In this document: positions 41,101-55,800 of the stretch, one piece after another
Layout: every line of letters starts with the position of its first letter
Numbering within the stretch: position 1 is the first letter of the stretch
From: Auanema rhodensis
Lineage: Eukaryota > Animalia > Nematoda
Direction of reading: 5' to 3'
Assembly (NCBI GenBank): GCA_964057225.1
Contig: OZ059897.1
Span: 3,162,001 to 3,226,000, forward strand
Length of the DNA: 64,000 nucleotides
Program-made: the position numbers and the translations under genes
The notes under the pieces: model-generated
Seen by the model: only the letters and a program-made list of their open reading frames with translations
The model's database searches: none
Told to the model about the DNA's origin: nothing

Positions 41101-44100
41101 CACTAATGCATTATTTTTCAAACGATCATAACTAATTTTTGTAAATAGCGTTTCTCAAGGTAGTATAGTGCATTCGATGCGGATTTTTAAGCTGCGTCGA
41201 TCTGTGTTATCAGATTTGAGTTAGCTTAAAAATGCACCGAGATATCAACTGATATATGTTCACACTTATATCCTCGACTTTCACCCTGAAGAAATGATTT
41301 TTTCGTTGAATAACATTGTCCATCGTCTTCGTCTTAAAAAAAGGAATCTAAAAACATCTACTTTTTGTGAAATTATTTAGAAATTTTTCGGGAAAATTTT
41401 TGTCAAAATGTTTTTGGAAGCAATGTTGAGTGTACATGGGAACTCAACATACACTAATGCATTATTTTTCAAACGATCATAACTTATTTTTGTATAGAGC
41501 GTTTCTCAATGTAGTATAGTGCATTCGATGCGGATTTTTAAGCTGCGTCGATCTGTGTTATCAGATTTGAGTTAGCTTAAAAATGCACCGAGATATCAAC
41601 TGATATATGTTCACACTTATATCCTCGATTTTCACCCTGAAGAAATGATTTTTTCGTTGAATAACATTGTCCATCGTCTTCGTCTTAAAAAAAGGAATCT
41701 AAAAACATCTACTTTTTGTGAAATTATTTAGAAATTTTTCGGGAAAATTTTTGTCAAAATGTTTTTGGAAGCAATGTTGAGTGTACATGGGAACTCAACA
41801 TACACTAATGCATTATTTTTCAAACGATCATAACTAATTTTTGTAAATAGCGTTTCTCAAGGTAGTATAGTGCATTCGATGCGGATTTTTAAGCTGCGTC
41901 GATCTGTGTTATCAGATTTGAGTTAGCTTAAAAATGCACCGAGATATCAACTGATATATGTTCACACTTATATCCTCGACTTTCACCCTGAAGAAATGAT
42001 TTTTTCGTTGAATAACATTGTCCATCGTCTTCGTCTTAAAAAAAGGAATCTAAAAACATCTACTTTTTGTGAAATTATTTAGAAATTTTTCGGGAAAATT
42101 TTTGTCAAAATGTTTTTGGAAGCAATGTTGAGTGTACATGGGAACTCAACATACACTAATGCATTATTTTTCAAACGATCATAACTATTTTCTGTAAATA
42201 GCGTTTCTCAATGTAGTATAGTGCATTCGATGCGGATTTTTAAGTTGCGTTGATCTGTGTTATCAGATTTGAGTTAGCTTAAAAATGCACCGAGATATCA
42301 ACTGATATAGGTTCACACTTATATCCTCGATTTTCACCCTGAAGAAGTAGTTTTTTCGTTGAAAAACATTGTCCATCGTCTTCGTCATGAAAAAAGGAAT
42401 CTAAAAACATCTACTTTTTAAGAAATTATATAGAAATTTTTCGGGAAAATTTTTGTCAAAATGTTTTTGGAAGCAATGTTGAGTGTACATGGGAACTCAA
42501 CATACACTAATGCATTATTTTTCAAACGATCATAACTTATTTTTGTATAGAGCGTTTCTCAATGTAGTATAGTGCATTCGATGCGGATTTTTAAGCTGCG
42601 TCGATCTGTGTTATCAGATTTGAGTTAGCTTAAAAATGCACCGAGATATCAACTGATATATGTTCACACTTATATCCTCGATTTTCACCCTGAAGAAATG
42701 ATTTTTTCGTTGAATAACATTGTCCATCGTCTTCGTCTTGAAAAAAGGAATCTAAAAACATCTATTTTTTGTGAAATTATTTAGAAATTTTTCGGGAAAA
42801 TTTTTGTCAAAATGTTTTTGGAAGCAATGTTGAGTGTACATGGGAACTCAACATACACTAATGCATTATTTTTCAAACGATCATAACTAATTTTTGTAAA
42901 TAGCGTTTCTCAAGGTAGTATAGTGCATTCGATGCGGATTTTTAAGCTGCGTCGATCTGTGTTATCAGATTTGAGTTAGCTTAAAAATGCACCGAGATAT
43001 CAACTGATATATGTTCACACTTATATCCTCGACTTTCACCCTGAAGAAATGATTTTTTCGTTGAATAACATTGTCCATCGTCTTCGTCTTGAAAAAAGGA
43101 ATCTAAAAACATCTATTTTTTGTGAAATTATTTAGAAATTTTTCGGGAAAATTTTTGTCAAAATGTTTTTGGAAGCAATGTTGAGTGTACATGGGAACTC
43201 AACATACACTAATGCATTATTTTTCAAACGATCATAACTAATTTTTGTATAGAGCGTTTCTCAATGTAGTATTGTGCATTCGATGCGGATTTTTAAGCTG
43301 CGTTGATCTGTGTTATCAGATTTGAGTTAACTTAAAAATGCACCGAGATATCAACTGATATAGGTTCACACTTATATCCTCGATTTTCAAACTGAAGAAT
43401 TGATTTTTTTGTTGAATAACATTGTCCATCGTCTTCGTCTTGAAAAAAGGAATCTAAAAACATCTACTTTTTGTGAAATTATCTAGAAATTTTTCGGGAA
43501 AATTTTTGTCAAAATGTTTTTGGAAGCAATGTTGAGTGTACATGGGAACTCAACATACACTAATGCATTATTTTTCAAACGATCATAACTATTTTCTGTA
43601 AATAGCGTTTCTCAATGTAGTATAGTGCATTCGATGCGGATTTTTAAGTTGCGTTGATCTGTGTTATCAGATTTGAGTTAGCTTAAAAATGCACCGAGAT
43701 ATCAACTGATTTATGTTCACACTTACATCCTCGATTTTCACCCTGAAGAAATGATTTTTTCGTTGAATAACATTGTCCATCGTCTTCGTCTTGAAAAAAG
43801 GAATCTAAAAACATCTACTTTTTGTGAAATTATTTAGAAATTTTTCGGGAAAATTTTTGTCAAAATGTTTTTGGAAGCAATGTTGAGTGTACATGGGAAC
43901 TCAACATACACTAATGCATTATTTTTCAAACGATCATAACTTATTTTTGTAAATAGCGTTTCTCAATGTAGTATAGTGCATTCGATGCGGATTTTTAAGC
44001 TGCGTCGATCTGTGTTATCAGATTTGAGTTAGCTTAAAAATGCACCGAGATATCAACTGATATATGTTCACACTTATATCCTCGACTTTCACCCTGAAGA

Positions 44101-47100
44101 AATGATTTTTTCGTTGAATAACATTGTCCATCGTCTTCGTCTTAAAAAAAGGAATCTGAAAACATCTACTTTTTGTGAAATTATTTAGAAATTTTTCGGG
44201 AAAATTTTTGTCAAAATGTTTTTGGAAGCAATGTTGAGTGTACATGGGAACTCAACATACACTAATGCATTATTTTTCAAACGATCATAACTAATTTTTG
44301 TATAGAGCGTTTCTCAATGTAGTATTGTGCATTCGATGCGGATTTTTAAGCTGCGTTGATCTGTGTTATCAGATTTGAGTTAACTTAAAAATGCACCGAG
44401 ATATCAACTGATATAGGTTCACACTTATATCCTCGATTTTCAAACTGAAGAATTGATTTTTTTGTTGAATAACATTGTCCATCGTCTTCGTCTTGAAAAA
44501 AGGAATCTAAAAACATCTACTTTTTGTGAAATTATCTAGAAATTTTTCGGGAAAATTTTTGTCAAAATGTTTTTGGAAGCAATGTTGAGTGTACATGGGA
44601 ACTCAACATACACTAATGCATTATTTTTCAAACGATCATAACTATTTTCTGTAAATAGCGTTTCTCAATGTAGTATAGTGCATTCGATGCGGATTTTTAA
44701 GTTGCGTTGATCTGTGTTATCAGATTTGAGTTAGCTTAAAAATGCACCGAGATATCAACTGATTTATGTTCACACTTATATCCTCGATTTTCACCCTGAA
44801 GAAATGATTTTTTCGTTGAATAACATTGTCCATCGTCTTCGTCTTGAAAAAAGGAATCTAAAAACATCTACTTTTTGTGAAATTATTTAGAAATTTTTCG
44901 GGAAAATTTTTGTCAAAATGTTTTTGGAAGCAATGTTGAGTGTACATGGGAACTCAACATACACTAATGCATTATTTTTCAAACGATCATAACTAATTTT
45001 TGTAAATAGCGTTTCTCAAGGTAGTATAGTGCATTCGATGCGGATTTTTAAGCTGCGTCGATCTGTGTTATCAGATTTGAGTTAGCTTAAAAATGCACCG
45101 AGATATCAACTGATATATGTTCACACTTATATCCTCGACTTTCACCCTGAAGAAATGATTTTTTCGTTGAATAACATTGTCCATCGTCTTCGTCTTAGAA
45201 AAAGGAATCTAAAAACATCTACTTTTTGTGAAATTATTTAGAAATTTTTCGGGAAAATTTTTGTCAAAATGTTTTTGGAAGCAATGTTGAGTGTACATGG
45301 GAACTCAACATACACTAATGCATTATTTTTCAAACGATCATAACTAATTTTTGTAAATAGCGTTTCTCAAGGTAGTATTGTGCATTCGATGCGGATTTTT
45401 AAGCTGCGTTGATCTGTGTTATCAGATTTGAGTTAACTTAAAAATGCACCGAGATATCAACTGATATAGGTTCACACTTATATCCTCGATTTTCAAACTG
45501 AAGAATTGATTTTTTTGTTGAATAACATTGTCCATCGTCTTCGTCTTGAAAAAAGGAATCTAAAAACATCTACTTTTTGTGAAATTATCTAGAAATTTTT
45601 CGGGAAAATTTTTGTCAAAATGTTTTTGGAAGCAATGTTGAGTGTACATGGGAACTCAACATACACTAATGCATTATTTTTCAAACGATCATAACTAATT
45701 TTTGTAAATAGCGTTTCTCAAGGTAGTATAGTGCATTCGATGCGGATTTTTAAGCTGCGTCGATCTGTGTTATCAGATTTGAGTTAGCTTAAAAATGCAC
45801 CGAGATATCAACTGATATATGTTCACACTTATATCCTCGACTTTCACCCTGAAGAAATGATTTTTTCGTTGAATAACATTGTCCATCGTCTTCGTCTTAG
45901 AAAAAGGAATCTAAAAACATCTACTTTTTGTGAAATTATTTAGAAATTTTTCGGGAAAATTTTTGTCAAAATGTTTTTGGAAGCAATGTTGAGTGTACAT
46001 GGGAACTCAACATACACTAATGCATTATTTTTCAAACGATCATAACTAATTTTTGTATAGAGCGTTTCTCAATGTAGTATTGTGCATTCGATGCGGATTT
46101 TTAAGCTGCGTTGATCTGTGTTATCAGATTTGAGTTAACTTAAAAATGCACCGAGATATCAACTGATATAGGTTCACACTTATATCCTCGATTTTCAAAC
46201 TGAAGAATTGATTTTTTTGTTGAATAACATTGTCCATCGTCTTCGTCTTGAAAAAAGGAATCTAAAAACATCTACTTTTTGTGAAATTATCTAGAAATTT
46301 TTCGGGAAAATTTTTGTCAAAATGTTTTTGGAAGCAATGTTGAGTGTACATGGGAACTCAACATACACTAATGCATTATTTTTCAAACGATCATAACTAT
46401 TTTCTGTAAATAGCGTTTCTCAATGTAGTATAGTGCATTCGATGCGGATTTTTAAGTTGCGTTGATCTGTGTTATCAGATTTGAGTTAGCTTAAAAATGC
46501 ACCGAGATATCAACTGATTTATGTTCACACTTACATCCTCGATTTTCACCCTGAAGAAATGATTTTTTCGTTGAATAACATTGTCCATCGTCTTCGTCTT
46601 GAAAAAAGGAATCTAAAAACATCTACTTTTTGTGAAATTATTTAGAAATTTTTCGGGAAAATTTTTGTCAAAATGTTTTTGGAAGCAATGTTGAGTGTAC
46701 ATGGGAACTCAACATACACTAATGCATTATTTTTCAAACGATCATAACTTATTTTTGTAAATAGCGTTTCTCAATGTAGTATAGTGCATTCGATGCGGAT
46801 TTTTAAGCTGCGTCGATCTGTGTTATCAGATTTGAGTTAGCTTAAAAATGCACCGAGATATCAACTGATATATGTTCACACTTATATCCTCGACTTTCAC
46901 CCTGAAGAAATGATTTTTTCGTTGAATAACATTGTCCATCGTCTTCGTCTTAAAAAAAGGAATCTAAAAACATCTACTTTTTGTGAAATTATTTAGAAAT
47001 TTTTCGGGAAAATTTTTGTCAAAATGTTTTTGGAAGCAATGTTGAGTGTACATGGGAACTCAACATACACTAATGCATTATTTTTCAAACGATCATAACT

Positions 47101-49831
47101 AATTTTTGTATAGAGCGTTTCTCAATGTAGTATTGTGCATTCGATGCGGATTTTTAAGCTGCGTTGATCTGTGTTATCAGATTTGAGTTAACTTAAAAAT
47201 GCACCGAGATATCAACTGATATAGGTTCACACTTATATCCTCGATTTTCAAACTGAAGAATTGATTTTTTTGTTGAATAACATTGTCCATCGTCTTCGTC
47301 TTGAAAAAAGGAATCTAAAAACATCTACTTTTTGTGAAATTATCTAGAAATTTTTCGGGAAAATTTTTGTCAAAATGTTTTTGGAAGCAATGTTGAGTGT
47401 ACATGGGAACTCAACATACACTAATGCATTATTTTTCAAACGATCATAACTATTTTCTGTAAATAGCGTTTCTCAATGTAGTATAGTGCATTCGATGCGG
47501 ATTTTTAAGTTGCGTTGATCTGTGTTATCAGATTTGAGTTAGCTTAAAAATGCACCGAGATATCAACTGATTTATGTTCACACTTATATCCTCGATTTTC
47601 ACCCTGAAGAAATGATTTTTTTGTTGAATAACATTGTCCATCGTCTTCGTCTTGAAAAAAGGAATCTAAAAACATCTACTTTTTGTGAAATTATTTAGAA
47701 ATTTTTCGGGAAAATTTTTGTCAAAATGTTTTTGGAAGCAATGTTGAGTGTACATGGGAACTCAACATACACTAATGCATTATTTTTCAAACGATCATAA
47801 CTAATTTCTGTAAATAGCGTTTCTCAATGTAGTATAGTGCATTCGATGCGGATTTTTAAGCTGCGTCGATCTGTGTTATCAGATTTGAGTTAGCTTAAAA
47901 ATGCACCGAGATATCAACTGATATATGTTCACACTTATATCCTCGATTTTCACCCTGAAGAAATAGTTTTTTCGTTGAAAAACATTGTCCATCGTCTTTG
48001 CCTTGGAAAAAGGAATCTAAAAACATCTACTTTTTGTGAAATTATTTAGAAATTTTTCGGGAAAATTTTTGTCAAAATGTTTTTGGAAGCAATGTTGAGT
48101 GTACATGGGAACTCAACATACACTAATGCATTATTTTTCAAACGATCATAACTTATTTTTGTATAGAGCGTTTCTCAATGTAGTATAGTGCATTCGATGC
48201 GGATTTTTAAGCTGCGTCGATCTGTGTTATCAGATTTGAGTTAGCTTAAAAATGCACCGAGATATCAACTGATATATGTTCACACTTATATCCTCGACTT
48301 TCACCCTGAAGAAATGATTTTTTCGTTGAATAACATTGTCCATCGTCTTCGTCTTGGAAAAAGGAATCTAAAAACATCTACTTTTTGTGAAATTATTTAG
48401 AAATTTTTCGGGAAAATTTTTGTCAAAATGTTTTTGGAAGCAATGTTGAGTGTACATGGGAACTCAACATACACTAATGCATTATTTTTCAAACGATCAT
48501 AACTTATTTTTGTATAGAGCGTTTCTCAATGTAGTATAGTGCATTCGATGCGGATTTTTAAGCTGCGTCGATCTGTGTTATCAGATTTGAGTTAGCTTAA
48601 AAATGCACCGAGATATCAACTGATATATGTTCACACTTATATCCTCGATTTTCACCCTGAAGAAATGATTTTTTCGTTGAATAACATTGTCCATCGTCTC
48701 TGTCTTGAAAAAAGGAATCTAAAAACATCTACTTTTTGTGAAATTATTTAGAAATTTTTCGGGAAAATTTTTGTCAAAATGTTTTTGGAAGCAATGTTGA
48801 GTGTACATGGGAACTCAACATACACTAATGCATTATTTTTCAAACGATCATAACTAATTTTTGTATAGAGCGTTTCTCAATGTAGTATAGTGCATTCGAT
48901 GCGGATTTTTAAGCTGCGTTGATCTGTGTTATCAGATTTGAGTTAACTTAAAAATGCACCGAGATATCAACTGATATAGGTTCACACTTATATCCTCGAT
49001 TTTCACCCTGAAGAAGTAGTTTTTTCGTTGAAAAACATTGTCCATCGTCTTCGTCATGAAAAAAGGAATCTAAAAACATCTACTTTTCAAGAAATTATAT
49101 AGAAATTTTTCGGGAAAATTTTTGTCAAAATGTTTTTGGAAGCAATGTTGAGTGTACATGGGAACTCAACATACACTAATGCATTATTTTTCAAACGATC
49201 ATAACTTATTTTTGTATAGAGCGTTTCTCAATGTAGTATAGTGCATTCGATGCGGATTTTTAAGCTGCGTCGATCTGTGTTATCAGATTTGAGTTAGCTT
49301 AAAAATGCACCGAGATATCAACTGATATATGTTCACACTTATATCCTCGACTTTCACCCTGAAGAAATGATTTTTTCGTTGAATAACATTGTCCATCGTC
49401 TTCGTCTTGGAAAAAGGAATCTAAAAACATCTACTTTTTGTGAAATTATTTAGAAATTTTTCGGGAAAATTTTTGTCAAAATGTTTTTGGAAGCAATGTT
49501 GAGTGTACATGGGAACTCAACATACACTAATGCATTATTTTTCAAACGATCATAACTTATTTTTGTATAGAGCGTTTCTCAATGTAGTATAGTGCATTCG
49601 ATGCGGATTTTTAAGCTGCGTCGATCTGTGTTATCAGATTTGAGTTAGCTTAAAAATGCACCGAGATATCAACTGATATATGTTCACACTTATATCCTCG
49701 ATTTTCACCCTGAAGAAATGATTTTTTCGTTGAATAACATTGTCCATCGTCTCTGTCTTGAAAAAAGGAATCTAAAAACATCTACTTTTTGTGAAATTAT
49801 TTAGAAATTTTTCGGGAAAATTTTTGTCAAA

Positions 49832-49836
49832 ATTTT
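49832..49836. other. Single 1-bp deletion (350-bp monomer M142)
   Basis: CAAAATTTTTTGG replaces the consensus CAAAATGTTTTTGG. All downstream monomer starts shift by -1. Confidence 0.95.
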
Positions 49837-52800
49837 TTGGAAGCAATGTTGAGTGTACATGGGAACTCAACATACACTAATGCATTATTTTTCAAACGAT
49901 CATAACTTATTTTTGTATAGAGCGTTTCTCAATGTAGTATAGTGCATTCGATGCGGATTTTTAAGCTGCGTCGATCTGTGTTATCAGATTTGAGTTAGCT
50001 TAAAAATGCACCGAGATATCAACTGATATATGTTCACACTTATATCCTCGATTTTCACCCTGAAGAAATGATTTTTTCGTTGAATAACATTGTCCATCGT
50101 CTTCGTCTTGAAAAAAGGAATCTAAAAACATCTACTTTTTGTGAAATTATTTAGAAATTTTTCGGGAAAATTTTTGTCAAAATGTTTTTGGAAGCAATGT
50201 TGAGTGTACATGGGAACTCAACATACACTAATGCATTATTTTTCAAACGATCATAACTAATTTTTGTAAATAGCGTTTCTCAAGGTAGTATAGTGCATTC
50301 GATGCGGATTTTTAAGCTGCGTCGATCTGTGTTATCAGATTTGAGTTAGCTTAAAAATGCACCGAGATATCAACTGATATATGTTCACACTTATATCCTC
50401 GACTTTCACCCTGAAGAAATGATTTTTTCGTTGAATAACATTGTCCATCGTCTTCGTCTTGAAAAAAGGAATCTAAAAACATCTACTTTTTGTGAAATTA
50501 TTTAGAAATTTTTCGGGAAAATTTTTGTCAAAATGTTTTTGGAAGCAATGTTGAGTGTACATGGGAACTCAACATACACTAATGCATTATTTTTCAAACG
50601 ATCATAACTTATTTTTGTATAGAGCGTTTCTCAATGTAGTATAGTGCATTCGATGCGGATTTTTAAGCTGCGTCGATCTGTGTTATCAGATTTGAGTTAG
50701 CTTAAAAATGCACCGAGATATCAACTGATATATGTTCACACTTATATCCTCGATTTTCACCCTGAAGAAATGATTTTTTCGTTGAATAACATTGTCCATC
50801 GTCTTCGTCTTGAAAAAAGGAATCTAAAAACATCTACTTTTTGTGAAATTATTTAGAAATTTTTCGGGAAAATTTTTGTCAAAATGTTTTTGGAAGCAAT
50901 GTTGAGTGTACATGGGAACTCAACATACACTAATGCATTATTTTTCAAACGATCATAACTAATTTTTGTATAGAGCGTTTCTCAATGTAGTATTGTGCAT
51001 TCGATGCGGATTTTTAAGCTGCGTTGATCTGTGTTATCAGATTTGAGTTAACTTAAAAATGCACCGAGATATCAACTGATATAGGTTCACACTTATATCC
51101 TCGATTTTCAAACTGAAGAATTGATTTTTTTGTTGAATAACATTGTCCATCGTCTTCGTCTTGAAAAAAGGAATCTAAAAACATCTACTTTTTGTGAAAT
51201 TATTTAGAAATTTTTCGGGAAAATTTTTGTCAAAATGTTTTTGGAAGCAATGTTGAGTGTACATGGGAACTCAACATACACTAATGCATTATTTTTCAAA
51301 CGATCATAACTAATTTTTGTAAATAGCGTTTCTCAAGGTAGTATAGTGCATTCGATGCGGATTTTTAAGCTGCGTCGATCTGTGTTATCAGATTTGAGTT
51401 AGCTTAAAAATGCACCGAGATATCAACTGATATATGTTCACACTTATATCCTCGACTTTCACCCTGAAGAAATGATTTTTTCGTTGAATAACATTGTCCA
51501 TCGTCTTCGTCTTGAAAAAAGGAATCTAAAAACATCTACTTTTTGTGAAATTATTTAGAAATTTTTCGGGAAAATTTTTGTCAAAATGTTTTTGGAAGCA
51601 ATGTTGAGTGTACATGGGAACTCAACATACACTAATGCATTATTTTTCAAACGATCATAACTAATTTTTGTAAATAGCGTTTCTCAAGGTAGTATAGTGC
51701 ATTCGATGCGGATTTTTAAGCTGCGTCGATCTGTGTTATCAGATTTGAGTTAGCTTAAAAATGCACCGAGATATCAACTGATATATGTTCACACTTATAT
51801 CCTCGACTTTCACCCTGAAGAAATGATTTTTTCGTTGAATAACATTGTCCATCGTCTTCGTCTTGAAAAAAGGAATCTAAAAACATCTACTTTTTGTGAA
51901 ATTATTTAGAAATTTTTCGGGAAAATTTTTGTCAAAATGTTTTTGGAAGCAATGTTGAGTGTACATGGGAACTCAACATACACTAATGCATTATTTTTCA
52001 AACGATCATAACTTATTTTTGTATAGAGCGTTTCTCAATGTAGTATAGTGCATTCGATGCGGATTTTTAAGCTGCGTCGATCTGTGTTATCAGATTTGAG
52101 TTAGCTTAAAAATGCACCGAGATATCAACTGATATATGTTCACACTTATATCCTCGATTTTCACCCTGAAGAAATGATTTTTTCGTTGAATAACATTGTC
52201 TATCGTCTTCGTCTTGAAAAAAGGAATCTAAAAACATCTACTTTTTGTGAAATTATTTAGAAATTTTTCGGGAAAATTTTTGTCAAAATGTTTTTGGAAG
52301 CAATGTTGAGTGTACATGGGAACTCAACATACACTAATGCATTATTTTTCAAACGATCATAACTAATTTTTGTATAGAGCGTTTCTCAATGTAGTATTGT
52401 GCATTCGATGCGGATTTTTAAGCTGCGTTGATCTGTGTTATCAGATTTGAGTTAACTTAAAAATGCACCGAGATATCAACTGATATAGGTTCACACTTAT
52501 ATCCTCGATTTTCAAACTGAAGAATTGATTTTTTTGTTGAATAACATTGTCCATCGTCTTCGTCTTGAAAAAAGGAATCTAAAAACATCTACTTTTTGTG
52601 AAATTATTTAGAAATTTTTCGGGAAAATTTTTGTCAAAATGTTTTTGGAAGCAATGTTGAGTGTACATGGGAACTCAACATACACTAATGCATTATTTTT
52701 CAAACGATCATAACTAATTTTTGTAAATAGCGTTTCTCAAGGTAGTATAGTGCATTCGATGCGGATTTTTAAGCTGCGTCGATCTGTGTTATCAGATTTG

Positions 52801-55800
52801 AGTTAGCTTAAAAATGCACCGAGATATCAACTGATATATGTTCACACTTATATCCTCGACTTTCACCCTGAAGAAATGATTTTTTCGTTGAATAACATTG
52901 TCCATCGTCTTCGTCTTGAAAAAAGGAATCTAAAAACATCTACTTTTTGTGAAATTATTTAGAAATTTTTCGGGAAAATTTTTGTCAAAATGTTTTTGGA
53001 AGCAATGTTGAGTGTACATGGGAACTCAACATACACTAATGCATTATTTTTCAAACGATCATAACTTATTTTTGTATAGAGCGTTTCTCAATGTAGTATA
53101 GTGCATTCGATGCGGATTTTTAAGCTGCGTCGATCTGTGTTATCAGATTTGAGTTAGCTTAAAAATGCACCGAGATATCAACTGATATATGTTCACACTT
53201 ATATCCTCGATTTTCACCCTGAAGAAATGATTTTTTCGTTGAATAACATTGTCTATCGTCTTCGTCTTGAAAAAAGGAATCTAAAAACATCTACTTTTTG
53301 TGAAATTATTTAGAAATTTTTCGGGAAAATTTTTGTCAAAATGTTTTTGGAAGCAATGTTGAGTGTACATGGGAACTCAACATACACTAATGCATTATTT
53401 TTCAAACGATCATAACTTATTTTTGTATAGAGCGTTTCTCAATGTAGTATAGTGCATTCGATGCGGATTTTTAAGCTGCGTCGATCTGTGTTATCAGATT
53501 TGAGTTAGCTTAAAAATGCACCGAGATATCAACTGATATATGTTCACACTTATATCCTCGATTTTCACCCTGAAGAAATGATTTTTTCGTTGAATAACAT
53601 TGTCCATCGTCTTCGTCTTGAAAAAAGGAATCTAAAAACATCTACTTTTTGTGAAATTATTTAGAAATTTTTCGGGAAAATTTTTGTCAAAATGTTTTTG
53701 GAAGCAATGTTGAGTGTACATGGGAACTCAACATACACTAATGCATTATTTTTCAAACGATCATAACTAATTTTTGTATAGAGCGTTTCTCAATGTAGTA
53801 TTGTGCATTCGATGCGGATTTTTAAGCTGCGTTGATCTGTGTTATCAGATTTGAGTTAACTTAAAAATGCACCGAGATATCAACTGATATAGGTTCACAC
53901 TTATATCCTCGATTTTCAAACTGAAGAATTGATTTTTTTGTTGAATAACATTGTCCATCGTCTTCGTCTTGAAAAAAGGAATCTAAAAACATCTACTTTT
54001 TGTGAAATTATTTAGAAATTTTTCGGGAAAATTTTTGTCAAAATGTTTTTGGAAGCAATGTTGAGTGTACATGGGAACTCAACATACACTAATGCATTAT
54101 TTTTCAAACGATCATAACTAATTTTTGTAAATAGCGTTTCTCAAGGTAGTATAGTGCATTCGATGCGGATTTTTAAGCTGCGTCGATCTGTGTTATCAGA
54201 TTTGAGTTAGCTTAAAAATGCACCGAGATATCAACTGATATATGTTCACACTTATATCCTCGACTTTCACCCTGAAGAAATGATTTTTTCGTTGAATAAC
54301 ATTGTCCATCGTCTTCGTCTTGAAAAAAGGAATCTAAAAACATCTACTTTTTGTGAAATTATTTAGAAATTTTTCGGGAAAATTTTTGTCAAAATGTTTT
54401 TGGAAGCAATGTTGAGTGTACATGGGAACTCAACATACACTAATGCATTATTTTTCAAACGATCATAACTTATTTTTGTATAGAGCGTTTCTCAATGTAG
54501 TATAGTGCATTCGATGCGGATTTTTAAGCTGCGTTGATCTGTGTTATCAGATTTGAGTTAACTTAAAAATGCACCGAGATATCAACTGATATAGGTTCAC
54601 ACTTATATCCTCGATTTTCAAACTGAAGAATTGATTTTTTTGTTGAATAACATTGTCCATCGTCTTCGTCTTGAAAAAAGGAATCTAAAAACATCTACTT
54701 TTTGTGAAATTATCTAGAAATTTTTCGGGAAAATTTTTGTCAAAATGTTTTTGGAAGCAATGTTGAGTGTACATGGGAACTCAACATACACTAATGCATT
54801 ATTTTTCAAACGATCATAACTATTTTCTGTAAATAGCGTTTCTCAATGTAGTATAGTGCATTCGATGCGGATTTTTAAGTTGCGTTAATCTGTGTTATCA
54901 GATTTGAGTTAGCTTAAAAATGCACCGAGATATCAACTGATTTATGTTCACACTTATATCCTCGATTTTCACCCTGAAGAAATGATTTTTTCGTTGAATA
55001 ACATTGTCCATCATCTTCGTCTTGAAAAAAGGAATCTAAAAACATCTACTTTTTGTGAAATTATTTAGAAATTTTTCGGGAAAATTTTTGTCAAAATGTT
55101 TTTGGAAGCAATGTTGAGTGTACATGGGAACTCAACATACACTAATGCATTATTTTTCAAACGATCATAACTAATTTTTGTATAGAGCGTTTCTCAATGT
55201 AGTATTGTGCATTCGATGCGGATTTTTAAGCTGCGTTGATCTGTGTTATCTGATTTGAGTTAACTTAAAAATGCACCGAGATATCAACTGATATAGGTTC
55301 ACACTTATATCCTCGATTTTCACCCTGAAGAAGTAGTTTTTTCGTTGAAAAACATTGTCCATCGTCTTCGTCATGAAAAAAGGAATCTAAAAACATCTAC
55401 TTTTTAAGAAATTATATAGAAATTTTTCGGGAAAATTTTTGTCAAAATGTTTTTGGAAGCAATGTTGAGTGTACATGGGAACTCAACATACACTAATGCA
55501 TTATTTTTCAAATGATCATAACTTATTTTTGTATAGAGCGTTTCTCAATGCAGTAAAGTGCATTCGATGCGGATTTTTAAGCTGCGTCGATCTGTGTTAT
55601 CAGATTTGAGTTAGCTTAAAAATGCACCGAGATATCAACTGATATATGTTCACACTTATATCCTCGATTTTCACCCTGAAGAAATGATTTTTTCGTTGAA
55701 TAACATTGTCCATCGTCTTCGTCTTGAAAAAAGGAATCTAAAAACATCTACTTTTTGTGAAATTATTTAGAAATTTTTCGGGAAAATTTTTGTCAAAATG

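Noticed and set aside
44018-44245. 75-aa ORF (-)
   Set aside because: Created by a singleton A>G at 44158 that removes a minus-strand TAG; the frame is closed in other monomers.
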